From positions 288,001 to 352,000 of the forward strand of contig CAWEYL010000001.1 in assembly GCA_963813335.1 (NCBI GenBank): a stretch of 64,000 bases of DNA. Direction: 5' to 3'. The notes under the pieces were generated by a model that saw only the letters and a list, made by a program, of their open reading frames with translations, was not told where the DNA came from and did not search any database. A program made the position numbers and the translations under genes. This DNA is from an uncultured Chloroflexia bacterium. Lineage in GTDB: Bacteria > Chloroflexota > Limnocylindria > Limnocylindrales > CSP1-4. Positions 1-9,034 of the stretch are shown in pieces (the first letter of the stretch is position 1; each line of letters begins with the position of its first letter).

Positions 1-1
1 C

Positions 2-1156
2 GTGCGCTCGATCGCGCCGTTCGGCGTGTTCATCGACCTCGGTGGCATCGACGGCCTGGTCCACAAGAGCGAGCTCAGCTGGAACAAGGTCAACAACCCC
101 GAGTCCGGCTACAAGGTCGGCGAGGAGGTCGAGGCCGAGGTCATCGACATCAACCACGAGCGCGGCCGGATCAGCCTGTCGATCCGCCGCCTGCAGCCCG
201 ACCCGTGGCATTCGACGGTCGCGGACTTCAACGTCGGCGACATCATCGACGGCACGGTCACGAAGCTCGTGAACTTCGGAGCGTTCGTCCGGGTCCGCGA
301 CGGGCTCGAGGGCCTGATCCACATCAGCGAGCTCTCGCACCAGCGGGTCGCCCATCCGGCCGATGTCGTCCACGAGGGCCAGCAGCTCAAGCTCAAGATC
401 ATCTCGCTCGACTCCGAGCGCCATCGCCTCGGCCTCAGCCTGAAGCAGGCGGAGGAGCCGCCGGCCCGCCCGGCGCCCGAGCCGGTCGCGTCCGGGACCG
501 GAGCGCCCGCCGCGCCGCGCGCGGAGCGTCGGCCCCGCCAGGAGCGCGGCTACTCCATGTCGGACGCGATCCAGGAGCCCGAGGGCGGGATCGACAACAC
601 CCTGGCCTCGGCCTTCGCCCAGGTCCGCCAGCAGCTCGCGGAAGCCGAGATCGGCGAGACGGCCGACGCCGTGGATGCCGTCGAGGCTGCCGAGGAGACC
701 GAAGCCGCCGCCGCCGTCGACGAGGTCGTCGAGACGGTGGCCGCCGACGAAGTCGCCGAGGAAGCGGCCGCCACCGAGGCGATCGAGGAGATCGTCGAGG
801 CCGTGGTCGCCGACGAGACCGAGCTCGAAGCCGCCGCCGCGGTCGAGATCGACAAGCTCAGCGACGCGGCCGACGCGAACGAGGCCAACGTCGAGCCCGC
901 GTCGGAGGCCGCGACCGCGGTGATCGACGAGGTCGTCGAGACCGAGGCCGCCGAGGAAGCCGCCGCGGCCGACGCGATCGAGGAGATCGTCGAGGCCGTC
1001 GCTGCCGACGAAGCGGCCGAGGAGGCCGGCGCGTCGGACGCCATCGAGGAGATCGTCGAGACGGTCGCGGCCGACGAGGCTGCCGTCGAAGACGCCGCCG
1101 CCGAGCAGGTCGAGGAGATCGCCCGGGAGACGATGGAGGCGAACACCAAGGGCTGA
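2..1156 (+). CDS. rpsA: 30S ribosomal protein S1 (5' truncated by window edge) with long acidic Ala/Glu-rich C-terminal tail
   Basis: Two S1 domains ([21 protein letters not shown]; [21 protein letters not shown]) followed by a low-complexity tail. Confidence 0.9.
   Translation: MRSIAPFGVFIDLGGIDGLVHKSELSWNKVNNPESGYKVGEEVEAEVIDINHERGRISLSIRRLQPDPWHSTVADFNVGDIIDGTVTKLVNFGAFVRVRDGLEGLIHISELSHQRVAHPADVVHEGQQLKLKIISLDSERHRLGLSLKQAEEPPARPAPEPVASGTGAPAAPRAERRPRQERGYSMSDAIQEPEGGIDNTLASAFAQVRQQLAEAEIGETADAVDAVEAAEETEAAAAVDEVVETVAADEVAEEAAATEAIEEIVEAVVADETELEAAAAVEIDKLSDAADANEANVEPASEAATAVIDEVVETEAAEEAAAADAIEEIVEAVAADEAAEEAGASDAIEEIVETVAADEAAVEDAAAEQVEEIARETMEANTKG
660..1140 (+). repeat. Degenerate coding repeats in the S1 tail (AIEEIVE[AT]V[AV]ADE x3; [VI]DEVVET x2)
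   Basis: Recurring atcgaggagatcgtcgag near 782, 977 and 1043. Confidence 0.75.
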
Positions 1157-1176
1157 CCTCCGTCGCCCATCCACCA

Positions 1177-1203
1177 ACGACCCGCCGGTCCCCGGCGGGT
1201 CGT
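1177..1203 (+). terminator. Hairpin downstream of rpsA, probable terminator
   Basis: 12-bp perfect stem acgacccgccgg/ccggcgggtcgt with a 3-nt loop; U-tract is weak. Confidence 0.55.
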
Positions 1204-1250
1204 CGTGATTCCGGGGACAGGGTCCGCGGCAGACCCCGCGCAGGGGAGGG

Positions 1251-1259
1251 TGCTAGCAT
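1251..1259 (+). promoter_or_regulatory. Putative extended -10 promoter for clpC
   Basis: TGcTAGCAT about 55 nt upstream of the ATG; no clear -35. Confidence 0.4.
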
Positions 1260-1312
1260 GCCCGAAAGCGTCACGCCCGTGACGCTCGGCAAGGGAACAG
1301 ACGTTCGACCCG

Positions 1313-3790
1313 ATGGATCGCTTCGACAAGTTCACCGACCGCGCCCGCAAGGTCCTGACGCTCGCGCAGGACGAGGCGCAGCGGTTCAACCACAACTACA
1401 TCGGCACGGAGCACCTGCTGCTCGGCCTCGTGCGCGAGGGCGAGGGCGTGGCCGCGCGCGTGCTCGAGAACATGAACGTCGAGCTCGCGAAGGTCCGGAC
1501 CGCCGTCGAGTTCATCATCGGGCGCGGCGACCGCCCCGTCGTCGGCGAGGTGGGACTCACGCCGCGGGCGAAGCGGGTCATCGAGCTGGCCATCGACGAG
1601 GCGCGCCGGCTCGGGCACAACTACATCGGCACGGAGCACCTGCTCCTGGGCCTCGTCCGCGAGGGCGAGGGGATCGCCGCCGGTGTCCTGGAGTCGCTCG
1701 GCGTGAACCTCGACAAGGTCCGCCACGAGGTCATCCGGGTCCTGTCGCAGAGCTCCTCCGCCGGGCCGTCCGCCCAGGAGACGAAGCGCGCGAGCAAGAC
1801 GCCGACCGTCGACCAGCTCGGCATCAACCTCACGGAGGCGGCCCGCGCGGGCAAGCTCGACCCGGTCATCGGCCGCGAGAAGGAGATCGAGCGGGTCATC
1901 CAGATCCTGTCGCGGCGGACCAAGAACAACCCGGCGCTCATCGGTGAGCCCGGGGTCGGGAAGACCGCCATCGCCGAAGGCCTCGCCCACCGCATCATCG
2001 CCGGCGACGTGCCCGAGACGCTCCTCAACAAGCGGGTCCTGACGCTGGACATCGGATCGCTGGTCGCCGGGACGAAGTACCGCGGCGAGTTCGAGGAGCG
2101 CCTGAAGAAGATCATCGAGGAGCTGCGCAACACCAACGACGCCGTGCTCTTCATCGACGAGCTGCACACCCTGGTCGGGGCGGGCGCGGCCGAGGGCGCG
2201 ATCGATGCCGCCAACATCCTGAAGCCGCCGCTCGCCCGCGGCGAGCTCCAGTGCATCGGCGCGACGACGCTCGACGAGTACCGCAAGTACATCGAGCGCG
2301 ACGCGGCGCTCGAGCGCCGCTTCCAGCCGGTCATGGTCGAGGAGCCGACCCTCGAGCAGACCGTCGACATCCTCATGGGCATCCGCGAGCGCTACGAGCA
2401 GCACCACAAGGTGACCATCAGCGACGAGGCCGTGAAGGCCGCGGCGGACCTGTCGACCCGCTACATCACCGACCGCCACCTGCCCGACAAGGCCATCGAC
2501 CTGATCGACGAGGCCGCGTCGCGCGTCCGCCTGCGCCACTCGAGCGCACCGCCCGCCCTGCGCGAGGCGCAGAAGGACCTCGAGCGGATCACCAAGGAGA
2601 AGGACGCGGCGATCAACAACCAGGAATACGAGGAAGCCGCGACGCTGCGCGAGGCCGAGGCCACGGCGCGCGAGACCGCGGACGCGCTGCGGACCGAATG
2701 GCAGTCCTCGATGTCCGGCGACCAGCCCGTCGTCGACGAGGAGGAGATCGCCCAGGTCGTGGCGATGTGGACCGGCATCCCCGTGACGCGCATCGCCCAG
2801 GAGGAGTCGGAGCGGCTGCTCCACATGGAGGACGCGCTGCACAACCGGGTCATCGGCCAGCAGGAGGCGATCGAGATCGTCTCGAAGGCGGTCCGCCGCG
2901 CACGCGCCGGCCTCAAGGATCCGAAGCGGCCGATCGGCTCGTTCATCTTCCTCGGACCGACCGGCGTCGGGAAGACGGAGCTCGCCAAGGCGCTCGCCGA
3001 GTTCATGTTCGGCAGCGAGGACGCCCTGATCAAGATCGACATGAGCGAGTTCATGGAGCGCCACAACGTCAGCCGGCTGGTCGGGGCGCCCCCCGGCTAC
3101 GTGGGCTTCGACGAGGGCGGCCAGCTGACGGAGGCCGTCCGGCGCAAGAGCTACGCGGTCGTCCTGCTCGACGAGGTCGAGAAGGCGCACCCGGAGGTCT
3201 TCAACATCCTCCTCCAGATCCTGGAGGACGGGCACCTCTCCGACGCCAAGGGCCGCCGGGTCGACTTCCGCAACTGCATCATCATCATGACCTCGAACCT
3301 CGGCGCGAAGCAGCTCCAGACGAACTCGAGCCTGGGCTTCCGCGTCACCGGCGACACCGACGCGTCGAAGGCCCAGATCTCGTACGACCTGATGAAGGAC
3401 AAGGTCAACGCCGAGCTGAAGCAGGCGTTCCGGCCCGAGTTCCTCAACCGCATCGACGCCACGGTCGTCTTCCGCTCGCTGACGGTCGAGGAGATCACGC
3501 TGATCGTCGACCTGATGCTCGCCCGCGTGCGCGACCAGCTGCGGGCGCAGCAGATGTCGCTCGAGGTCACCGAGGCGGCCAAGGAGCACATCATCAAGCT
3601 GGGCTACGACGTGGCCTACGGCGCGCGACCGCTGCGCCGGGTGATCCAGAACATGGTCGAGGACGTCCTCGCCGAGCACCTCCTGCTCGGCCGCTACGAG
3701 CCGGGCACGACGATCGTCGTCGACCGGGACCCGGAAGCCGGCCTGGACATCCACGCTGCGGAGCCGCGCACGCCGGTCGAGGCGCTCTGA
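1313..3790 (+). CDS. clpC: ATP-dependent Clp protease ATP-binding subunit ClpC
   Basis: Duplicated Clp_N repeats ([13 protein letters not shown]), two Walker A motifs ([16 protein letters not shown]), UVR coiled coil, LGF ClpP-docking loop. Confidence 0.96.
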   Translation: MDRFDKFTDRARKVLTLAQDEAQRFNHNYIGTEHLLLGLVREGEGVAARVLENMNVELAKVRTAVEFIIGRGDRPVVGEVGLTPRAKRVIELAIDEARRLGHNYIGTEHLLLGLVREGEGIAAGVLESLGVNLDKVRHEVIRVLSQSSSAGPSAQETKRASKTPTVDQLGINLTEAARAGKLDPVIGREKEIERVIQILSRRTKNNPALIGEPGVGKTAIAEGLAHRIIAGDVPETLLNKRVLTLDIGSLVAGTKYRGEFEERLKKIIEELRNTNDAVLFIDELHTLVGAGAAEGAIDAANILKPPLARGELQCIGATTLDEYRKYIERDAALERRFQPVMVEEPTLEQTVDILMGIRERYEQHHKVTISDEAVKAAADLSTRYITDRHLPDKAIDLIDEAASRVRLRHSSAPPALREAQKDLERITKEKDAAINNQEYEEAATLREAEATARETADALRTEWQSSMSGDQPVVDEEEIAQVVAMWTGIPVTRIAQEESERLLHMEDALHNRVIGQQEAIEIVSKAVRRARAGLKDPKRPIGSFIFLGPTGVGKTELAKALAEFMFGSEDALIKIDMSEFMERHNVSRLVGAPPGYVGFDEGGQLTEAVRRKSYAVVLLDEVEKAHPEVFNILLQILEDGHLSDAKGRRVDFRNCIIIMTSNLGAKQLQTNSSLGFRVTGDTDASKAQISYDLMKDKVNAELKQAFRPEFLNRIDATVVFRSLTVEEITLIVDLMLARVRDQLRAQQMSLEVTEAAKEHIIKLGYDVAYGARPLRRVIQNMVEDVLAEHLLLGRYEPGTTIVVDRDPEAGLDIHAAEPRTPVEAL

Positions 3791-3824
3791 GGGTGGGCGC
3801 CCGGCGCGCCCGAGGTCGCTGACG

Positions 3825-5267
3825 GTGGCTCGAGCCGAGAGTCGCTACGTCTGCCAGAGCTGCGGTGAAGCCTTCCTGCGCTGGGAGGGCCAATGCCGTG
3901 CCTGCGGCGGCTGGAACAGCCTGGTCGAGACCGTCATCCGCTCGCCGGGCCGCGCCGAGCGTGCCATGGCGCGGGTCACGGGCCCCTCGGACCGCCCGAC
4001 CCCCACGCCACTGAGCGCGGTCGCCGAGGAGACCGTCCCGCGCCGCGCGATCGGGATCGGGGAGCTGGACCGGGTGCTCGGCGGCGGCCTGGTCGCCGGC
4101 GCCGTCGTCCTGCTCGGCGGCGAGCCCGGGATCGGCAAGTCCACGCTCCTCCTGCAGTCGACCGCCGGCCTGGTCGCCGACGCCGGGTCGGCCGGGGCGC
4201 TCTATGCGACGGGAGAGGAATCGGCATCGCAGGTCCGCCTGCGCGCGGCCAGGCTCGGGCTGCTCGACGGCGAGGTCGGGGCGCGGATCCGGATCCTCGC
4301 CGAGAACGACATCGACCGCGTGATCGAGGCCGCCCGAGCCGAGCCGCCGGCTGTCCTCGTGGTCGACTCCGTCCAGACCGCGATGGTCGCCGAGCTCGAT
4401 GGCGCGCCGGGCAGCGTCGGCCAGGTCCGCGAGGCGACGCTCCGGCTGATGGCCTTCGCGAAGGGGGAGGGGATCGCGGTGATCCTGGCCGGTCACGTCA
4501 CCAAGGACGGGTCGATCGCCGGCCCCAAGACCCTCGAGCACCTCGTCGACGCGGTCCTGAGCCTCGAAGGCGAGCGGACGTCGGCGCTGCGCCTGCTGCG
4601 CGCCACCAAGAACCGCTTCGGGTCCACCGAGGAGGTCGGCGTCTTCGAGATGGGGGAGCACGGCCTCGCCGAGGTGACCGACCCGGCCCGGGCATTCCTG
4701 GCCGATCACGACGAGCCGGCACCGGGCAGCGTCATCGCGCCGACGCTCGAGGGCAGCCGCCCGCTGCTGGTCGAGGTCCAGGCCCTGGTCGCGGCCGCCC
4801 GGTACGGCTCGCCGACGCGGCGCGCCAGCGGGCTCGACCCGAACCGGCTCAGCCTCCTGCTCGCGGTGCTGGGGCGCCGTGCGGGCATCGGCCTGGCGGG
4901 CCACGACGTCTATGCGAACCTCGCCGGCGGGCTCACGGTCGTCGAACCGGGGCTGGACCTGCCCCTCGCCCTCGCCCTCGCTTCGTCCCTGCGCGACCGG
5001 CCGGTGGGTCCGGGGCTCGTCGCCATCGGCGAGGTCGGCCTGCTCGGGGAGCTGCGCCCAGTCCCCGGCCTGGACCGCCGTCTGCGCGAGGCGGCGCGGC
5101 TCGGCTTCGGGCGCGCGATCGTGCCCCGGTCCGCGCCGGGCGGACGGTCCGCCACGGCCCCGGACATCGAGGTCATCGCCGTCGCCACGCTCGCCGACGC
5201 CATCCGCGCCGCGCTCGGCGCCGGTTCGACGGGGCGTGGCGAGCCCGTGCCGGCGATGCTAGGCTGA
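3825..5267 (+). CDS. radA: DNA repair protein RadA/Sms
   Basis: N-terminal C4 Zn finger, GEPGIGKST, KNRFG motif, Lon-like C-terminus. Confidence 0.96.
   Translation: MARAESRYVCQSCGEAFLRWEGQCRACGGWNSLVETVIRSPGRAERAMARVTGPSDRPTPTPLSAVAEETVPRRAIGIGELDRVLGGGLVAGAVVLLGGEPGIGKSTLLLQSTAGLVADAGSAGALYATGEESASQVRLRAARLGLLDGEVGARIRILAENDIDRVIEAARAEPPAVLVVDSVQTAMVAELDGAPGSVGQVREATLRLMAFAKGEGIAVILAGHVTKDGSIAGPKTLEHLVDAVLSLEGERTSALRLLRATKNRFGSTEEVGVFEMGEHGLAEVTDPARAFLADHDEPAPGSVIAPTLEGSRPLLVEVQALVAAARYGSPTRRASGLDPNRLSLLLAVLGRRAGIGLAGHDVYANLAGGLTVVEPGLDLPLALALASSLRDRPVGPGLVAIGEVGLLGELRPVPGLDRRLREAARLGFGRAIVPRSAPGGRSATAPDIEVIAVATLADAIRAALGAGSTGRGEPVPAMLG
5257..5265 (+). promoter_or_regulatory. Putative extended -10 promoter for the PIN/TRAM gene
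   Basis: TGcTAGGCT overlapping the radA 3' end, about 60 nt before the start. Confidence 0.35.
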
Positions 5268-5325
5268 CGCACCCGTCCGGACCGTTCCGGGTGCGGGGAC
5301 GCCGGCACACTCCGAGAGGGAGTCG

Positions 5326-6387
5326 TTGATCCGTTACATCCGTGTCCTGGGCGCCCTGCTCGGAGGGTCGATCGGGCTCGTCCTGGCGACGACCGGCACC
5401 GGGCTGTTCCACGACTACGACGCCTCCGGTGCGCTCGTCGCCCTGTGGGTCGTGGCCTGGATGGTCGTCGGGTTCGGCGTGCTCCCCTACCTCACGGTCG
5501 TCCCGGCAACGTGGCTGATCCGTCGGGTCGAGGCGCTCTCGACCGCCGAGTTCGTGACCGCGATCGTCGGCCTCCTCATCGGGCTCCTGCTCGGCCTCCT
5601 CCTTGGGTTGCCCCTGTCGCGGCTCCCCGACCCGTTCGGGACGTGGCTGCCGCTCGGCGTCTCGATCTTCCTCGGGCTCGGGATGCTCGGCCTGACCGTG
5701 GCCAAGCGACAGGACCTCCTGATCGCCGCGGAGGCCATGGGCTTCCTCCGCCGGCCGCCGGCAGAGCCCGCCGAGGGCCGCCTGACCGGGGAGCCGCACA
5801 TCATCGTGGACACGAGCGCGATCATCGACGGGCGCATCGCGGAGATCGTCGAATTGGGGTTCATCTACGGCACCCTCGTCGTGCCGCGCATCGTGCTCGA
5901 CGAGCTGCAGCACATCGCCGACAGCTCCGACACGCTCCGCCGCAATCGGGGCCGGCGCGGTCTCGAGATCCTGTCGCGCATGCAGAAGGACCCCGGGACC
6001 CCGGTCGAGATCATCGAGGACGACGTTCCCGACGTGGCCGAGGTCGACGCCAAGCTGGTCGCGCTCGCCCGCGCCCGGAGCCGCGTGATCCTGACCAATG
6101 ACTACAACCTGAACCGCGTCGCCGAGCTGCAGGGCGTCCGGGTCATGAACATCAACTCGCTGGCGAACGCGGTGAAGCCCGCCGTGCTGCCGGGCGAGGA
6201 GCTCCGCGTGCGGGTCATCCAGGAGGGCAAGGAGGCCGGCCAGGGCGTCGGGTTCCTCGACGACGGCACGATGATCGTGGTCGAGGGCGGCGCGCGACAC
6301 ATCGACCACGACGTCGACGTGTCGGTGACCCGCGTGCTCCAGACCGTGGCCGGCAGGATGATCTTCGCCCAGCCGCGACTCGATTGA
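5326..6387 (+). CDS. yacL: Membrane PIN/TRAM-domain protein (YacL family)
   Basis: N-terminal TM helices, VDTSAIIDGRI PIN motif, TNDYNLN, GKEAGQGVGFLDDGTMIVVE TRAM domain; lies between radA and ispD. Confidence 0.9.
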   Translation: MIRYIRVLGALLGGSIGLVLATTGTGLFHDYDASGALVALWVVAWMVVGFGVLPYLTVVPATWLIRRVEALSTAEFVTAIVGLLIGLLLGLLLGLPLSRLPDPFGTWLPLGVSIFLGLGMLGLTVAKRQDLLIAAEAMGFLRRPPAEPAEGRLTGEPHIIVDTSAIIDGRIAEIVELGFIYGTLVVPRIVLDELQHIADSSDTLRRNRGRRGLEILSRMQKDPGTPVEIIEDDVPDVAEVDAKLVALARARSRVILTNDYNLNRVAELQGVRVMNINSLANAVKPAVLPGEELRVRVIQEGKEAGQGVGFLDDGTMIVVEGGARHIDHDVDVSVTRVLQTVAGRMIFAQPRLD

Positions 6388-7628
6388 GCGCGGCCGCGCC
6401 CCGCGGCCCGGCGGGCGGGTCGCCCGTGGCGGATGCCATCGTCGTCGCCGCCGGCCGCTCGGCCCGGATGGGCGGCACCGACAAGCTGTACGCCCCCGTC
6501 GCCGGCCGCCCGCTGCTGGCCTGGACACTCGAGGCGCTCGCGGCCGTGGCCGAGGTCGAGCGGATCGTGGTCGTGACGGCCGCGGACCGGACCGAGGCGG
6601 TCCGCCGCGGCGACTGGCTGCCGGCCAAGGTCGTCGCGGTCGTCGACGGCGGCGACCGCCGCCAGGCGTCCGTCGCCGCCGGGCTCCAGGCACTCGATGG
6701 CGCGCCTCTCGCGGCGGACGGTGACGCCCGGGCCCGCGCTGCCCGGGTCGTCCTCGTCCACGACGGGGCGCGTCCCCTCGTGTCGCCGGGCCTCGTCCGC
6801 GAGGTCATCCGGGCGACTGCCGCGCACGGTGCCGCGATCCCGGTGCTGCCGGTCGCGGAGACGCTCAAGCGGATCGAGGGCGAGCGCGTGGCCGGGACCG
6901 TCGACCGCGACGGGCTGGCGTCCGCGCAGACCCCCCAGGGGATCCGGGCCGACGTGTTCCGGGCGGCGCTCTCGCGCTATCCGGCGGACGGGCCCGAGAC
7001 GTGGACCGACGAGGCCTCCCTGCTGGAGGCCTGTACCATCGAGGTCCATGTCGTGCCTGGTGACCCGAGCAATCTCAAGGTGACGCTGCCCGCCGACCTC
7101 GCCCGGGTCTCGCAGGCGCTCGAGCGCGGCGCCGCGCGCCGCACCGGCATCGGCCACGACTCGCACCCGTTCGGACCCGGCGAGCCACTCGCGCTCGGGG
7201 GGATCCGCATCGCCGGCGCGCCGCGCCTGTATGGCCATTCCGATGGCGACGTCGCCCTGCACGCGGTCTGCGACGCGATCCTCGGGGCGGCCGGCCTGGG
7301 CGATCTCGGGCGGCTCTTCCCGGCCGGGCCATCGACGCCGGCGGGCGTCGAGAGCGCCGCGCTCCTGGCGGACGTGGTCGAACGGGCCGCCGCCGCCGGC
7401 TGGCGGGTGGCAGCGCTCGACCTCACGATCGTCGGTGCGCGCCCGCGTCTCGGCGCGCACCTCGACGCGATGCGCGCGGCCATCGCGTCGCTGGCCGCCG
7501 TCGAACCGGGCGCGGTCAACGTCAAGGCGTCGACCGGCAACCTCGACGGGTCCGACGGCGCCGGGCGGACGGTGTCGGCGCTCGCGCTGGCCACCCTCGT
7601 GGCGGACGCGCGGGAGCGGGCCTCATGA
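6384..7628 (+). CDS. ispDF: Bifunctional IspD/IspF (MEP cytidylyltransferase / MEcPP synthase)
   Basis: AAGRSARMG, VHDGARP, QTPQ, NLKVT (IspD); GIGHDSH, HSDGDV (IspF). Confidence 0.92.
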   Translation: MSAAAPRGPAGGSPVADAIVVAAGRSARMGGTDKLYAPVAGRPLLAWTLEALAAVAEVERIVVVTAADRTEAVRRGDWLPAKVVAVVDGGDRRQASVAAGLQALDGAPLAADGDARARAARVVLVHDGARPLVSPGLVREVIRATAAHGAAIPVLPVAETLKRIEGERVAGTVDRDGLASAQTPQGIRADVFRAALSRYPADGPETWTDEASLLEACTIEVHVVPGDPSNLKVTLPADLARVSQALERGAARRTGIGHDSHPFGPGEPLALGGIRIAGAPRLYGHSDGDVALHAVCDAILGAAGLGDLGRLFPAGPSTPAGVESAALLADVVERAAAAGWRVAALDLTIVGARPRLGAHLDAMRAAIASLAAVEPGAVNVKASTGNLDGSDGAGRTVSALALATLVADARERAS

Positions 7629-9034
7629 CGCTGCGGCTGCACGACACGCTGTCGGGTGAGACGAGGCCGCTGGCACCGCTCGACGGCGAGACGGTCCGCA
7701 TGTACTCGTGCGGGCCGACCGTCTACGGCCCGGCGCACATCGGCAACTTCCGCTCGTTCCTGTTCGCCGACCTGCTGGTCCGCTACCTGCGCTGGCGCGG
7801 CCAGCCCGTCCGCTGGGTGATGAACATCACCGACATCGACGACAAGATCATCCGTGGCGCGGCGGCGGCGGGCGTCTCGATCGGCGAGCTCGCCGATCGC
7901 TATCTCGCGGGGTTCCTCGAGGACGCCGCGGCCCTGCGGATGACGACGCCCGACGTCCTGCCGCGGGCGACCGAGCACATCGACGAGATCGTGGCCCTCA
8001 TCACCACGCTGCTCGACGGCGAGCATGCCTACCGGACGGACGACGGCTCGATCTTCTTTCGGATCGCCTCGTGGCCGGCGTACGGCCGGCTCGCCCGACT
8101 CGACCCGGAACAGCTCCGTGTCGGCGAGCGTGTCGAGGCCGACGAGTACGCGAAGGACGACGTCCGCGACTTCGCGCTCTGGAAAGGGCCCAAGCCGGGT
8201 GAGCCGAGCTGGGACACGGCGATCGGCCCGGGGCGCCCCGGCTGGCACATCGAGTGCTCCGCGATGAGCATGGCCCACCTGGGGCCGTCCTTCGACATCC
8301 ACACCGGCGGTGTCGACCTGATCTTCCCGCACCACGAGGACGAGATCGCCCAGAGCGAGGCCGCGACCGGGCAGCCGTTCGTCGCGACCTGGCTCCACTG
8401 CGCCCACCTCCAGATGGGCGGCGCCAAGATGGCCAAGTCGCTCGGGAACATCGCCCGTGTCGGCGACCTTCTCGCCCAGGGGATCTCCCCCCGAGCGCTG
8501 CGCTACGCGCTCATCGCGGTCCACTACCGCGCCCGGCTCGACTCGTCCGAGGCATCGCTCGCCGCGGCCGGCGCGGCGGTCGCCCGGCTCGATGCGGCAC
8601 TGGCCGCCCTCGACGCCTACCGCGAGGACCGACCCGACGATCCGACGATCGCCGACCTGCTGGCGAGCGCGCGGACGGCCTTCGCGGACGCGCTCGATGA
8701 CGACCTCAACATCTCAGCCGGGCTGGCGGCCGTGTTCGATCTGGTCCGCGAGTCGAACCGGCGGATCGAGGCGCGATCGATCTCGACCGCCGACGCGGCC
8801 GCGATCGCGGACGGGCTGCGCGACCTCGACCGGGTCCTCGGGGTCCTGCCCGACGGCGAGGCGCTGGATCCGGAGAGCGCCGCGCTCCTCGAAGCGCGGG
8901 CCGCGGCGCGGGCGGCCCGCGACTGGGCCGGATCCGACCGGCTTCGCGACGAGCTGGTGGCCCGCGGGATCGCCGTCGAGGACACGCGCGACGGTCAGCG
9001 CTGGCGGCGTCTCGAGGCGGTCGGCCGTGGCTGA
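7625..9034 (+). CDS. cysS: Cysteine--tRNA ligase
   Basis: CGPTVY, HIGN, GRPGWHIECSAM, FPHHEDE, KMAKS. Confidence 0.97.
   Translation: MTLRLHDTLSGETRPLAPLDGETVRMYSCGPTVYGPAHIGNFRSFLFADLLVRYLRWRGQPVRWVMNITDIDDKIIRGAAAAGVSIGELADRYLAGFLEDAAALRMTTPDVLPRATEHIDEIVALITTLLDGEHAYRTDDGSIFFRIASWPAYGRLARLDPEQLRVGERVEADEYAKDDVRDFALWKGPKPGEPSWDTAIGPGRPGWHIECSAMSMAHLGPSFDIHTGGVDLIFPHHEDEIAQSEAATGQPFVATWLHCAHLQMGGAKMAKSLGNIARVGDLLAQGISPRALRYALIAVHYRARLDSSEASLAAAGAAVARLDAALAALDAYREDRPDDPTIADLLASARTAFADALDDDLNISAGLAAVFDLVRESNRRIEARSISTADAAAIADGLRDLDRVLGVLPDGEALDPESAALLEARAAARAARDWAGSDRLRDELVARGIAVEDTRDGQRWRRLEAVGRG

Noticed and set aside
6384-7628. IspD-IspF fusion as a novelty
   Set aside because: Bifunctional IspDF is well known in several bacterial phyla.
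8457-9026. Extra 190 aa at the start of the 814-aa rlmB ORF
   Set aside because: It overlaps cysS out of frame. The GTG at 9027 overlapping the cysS stop is the plausible start.
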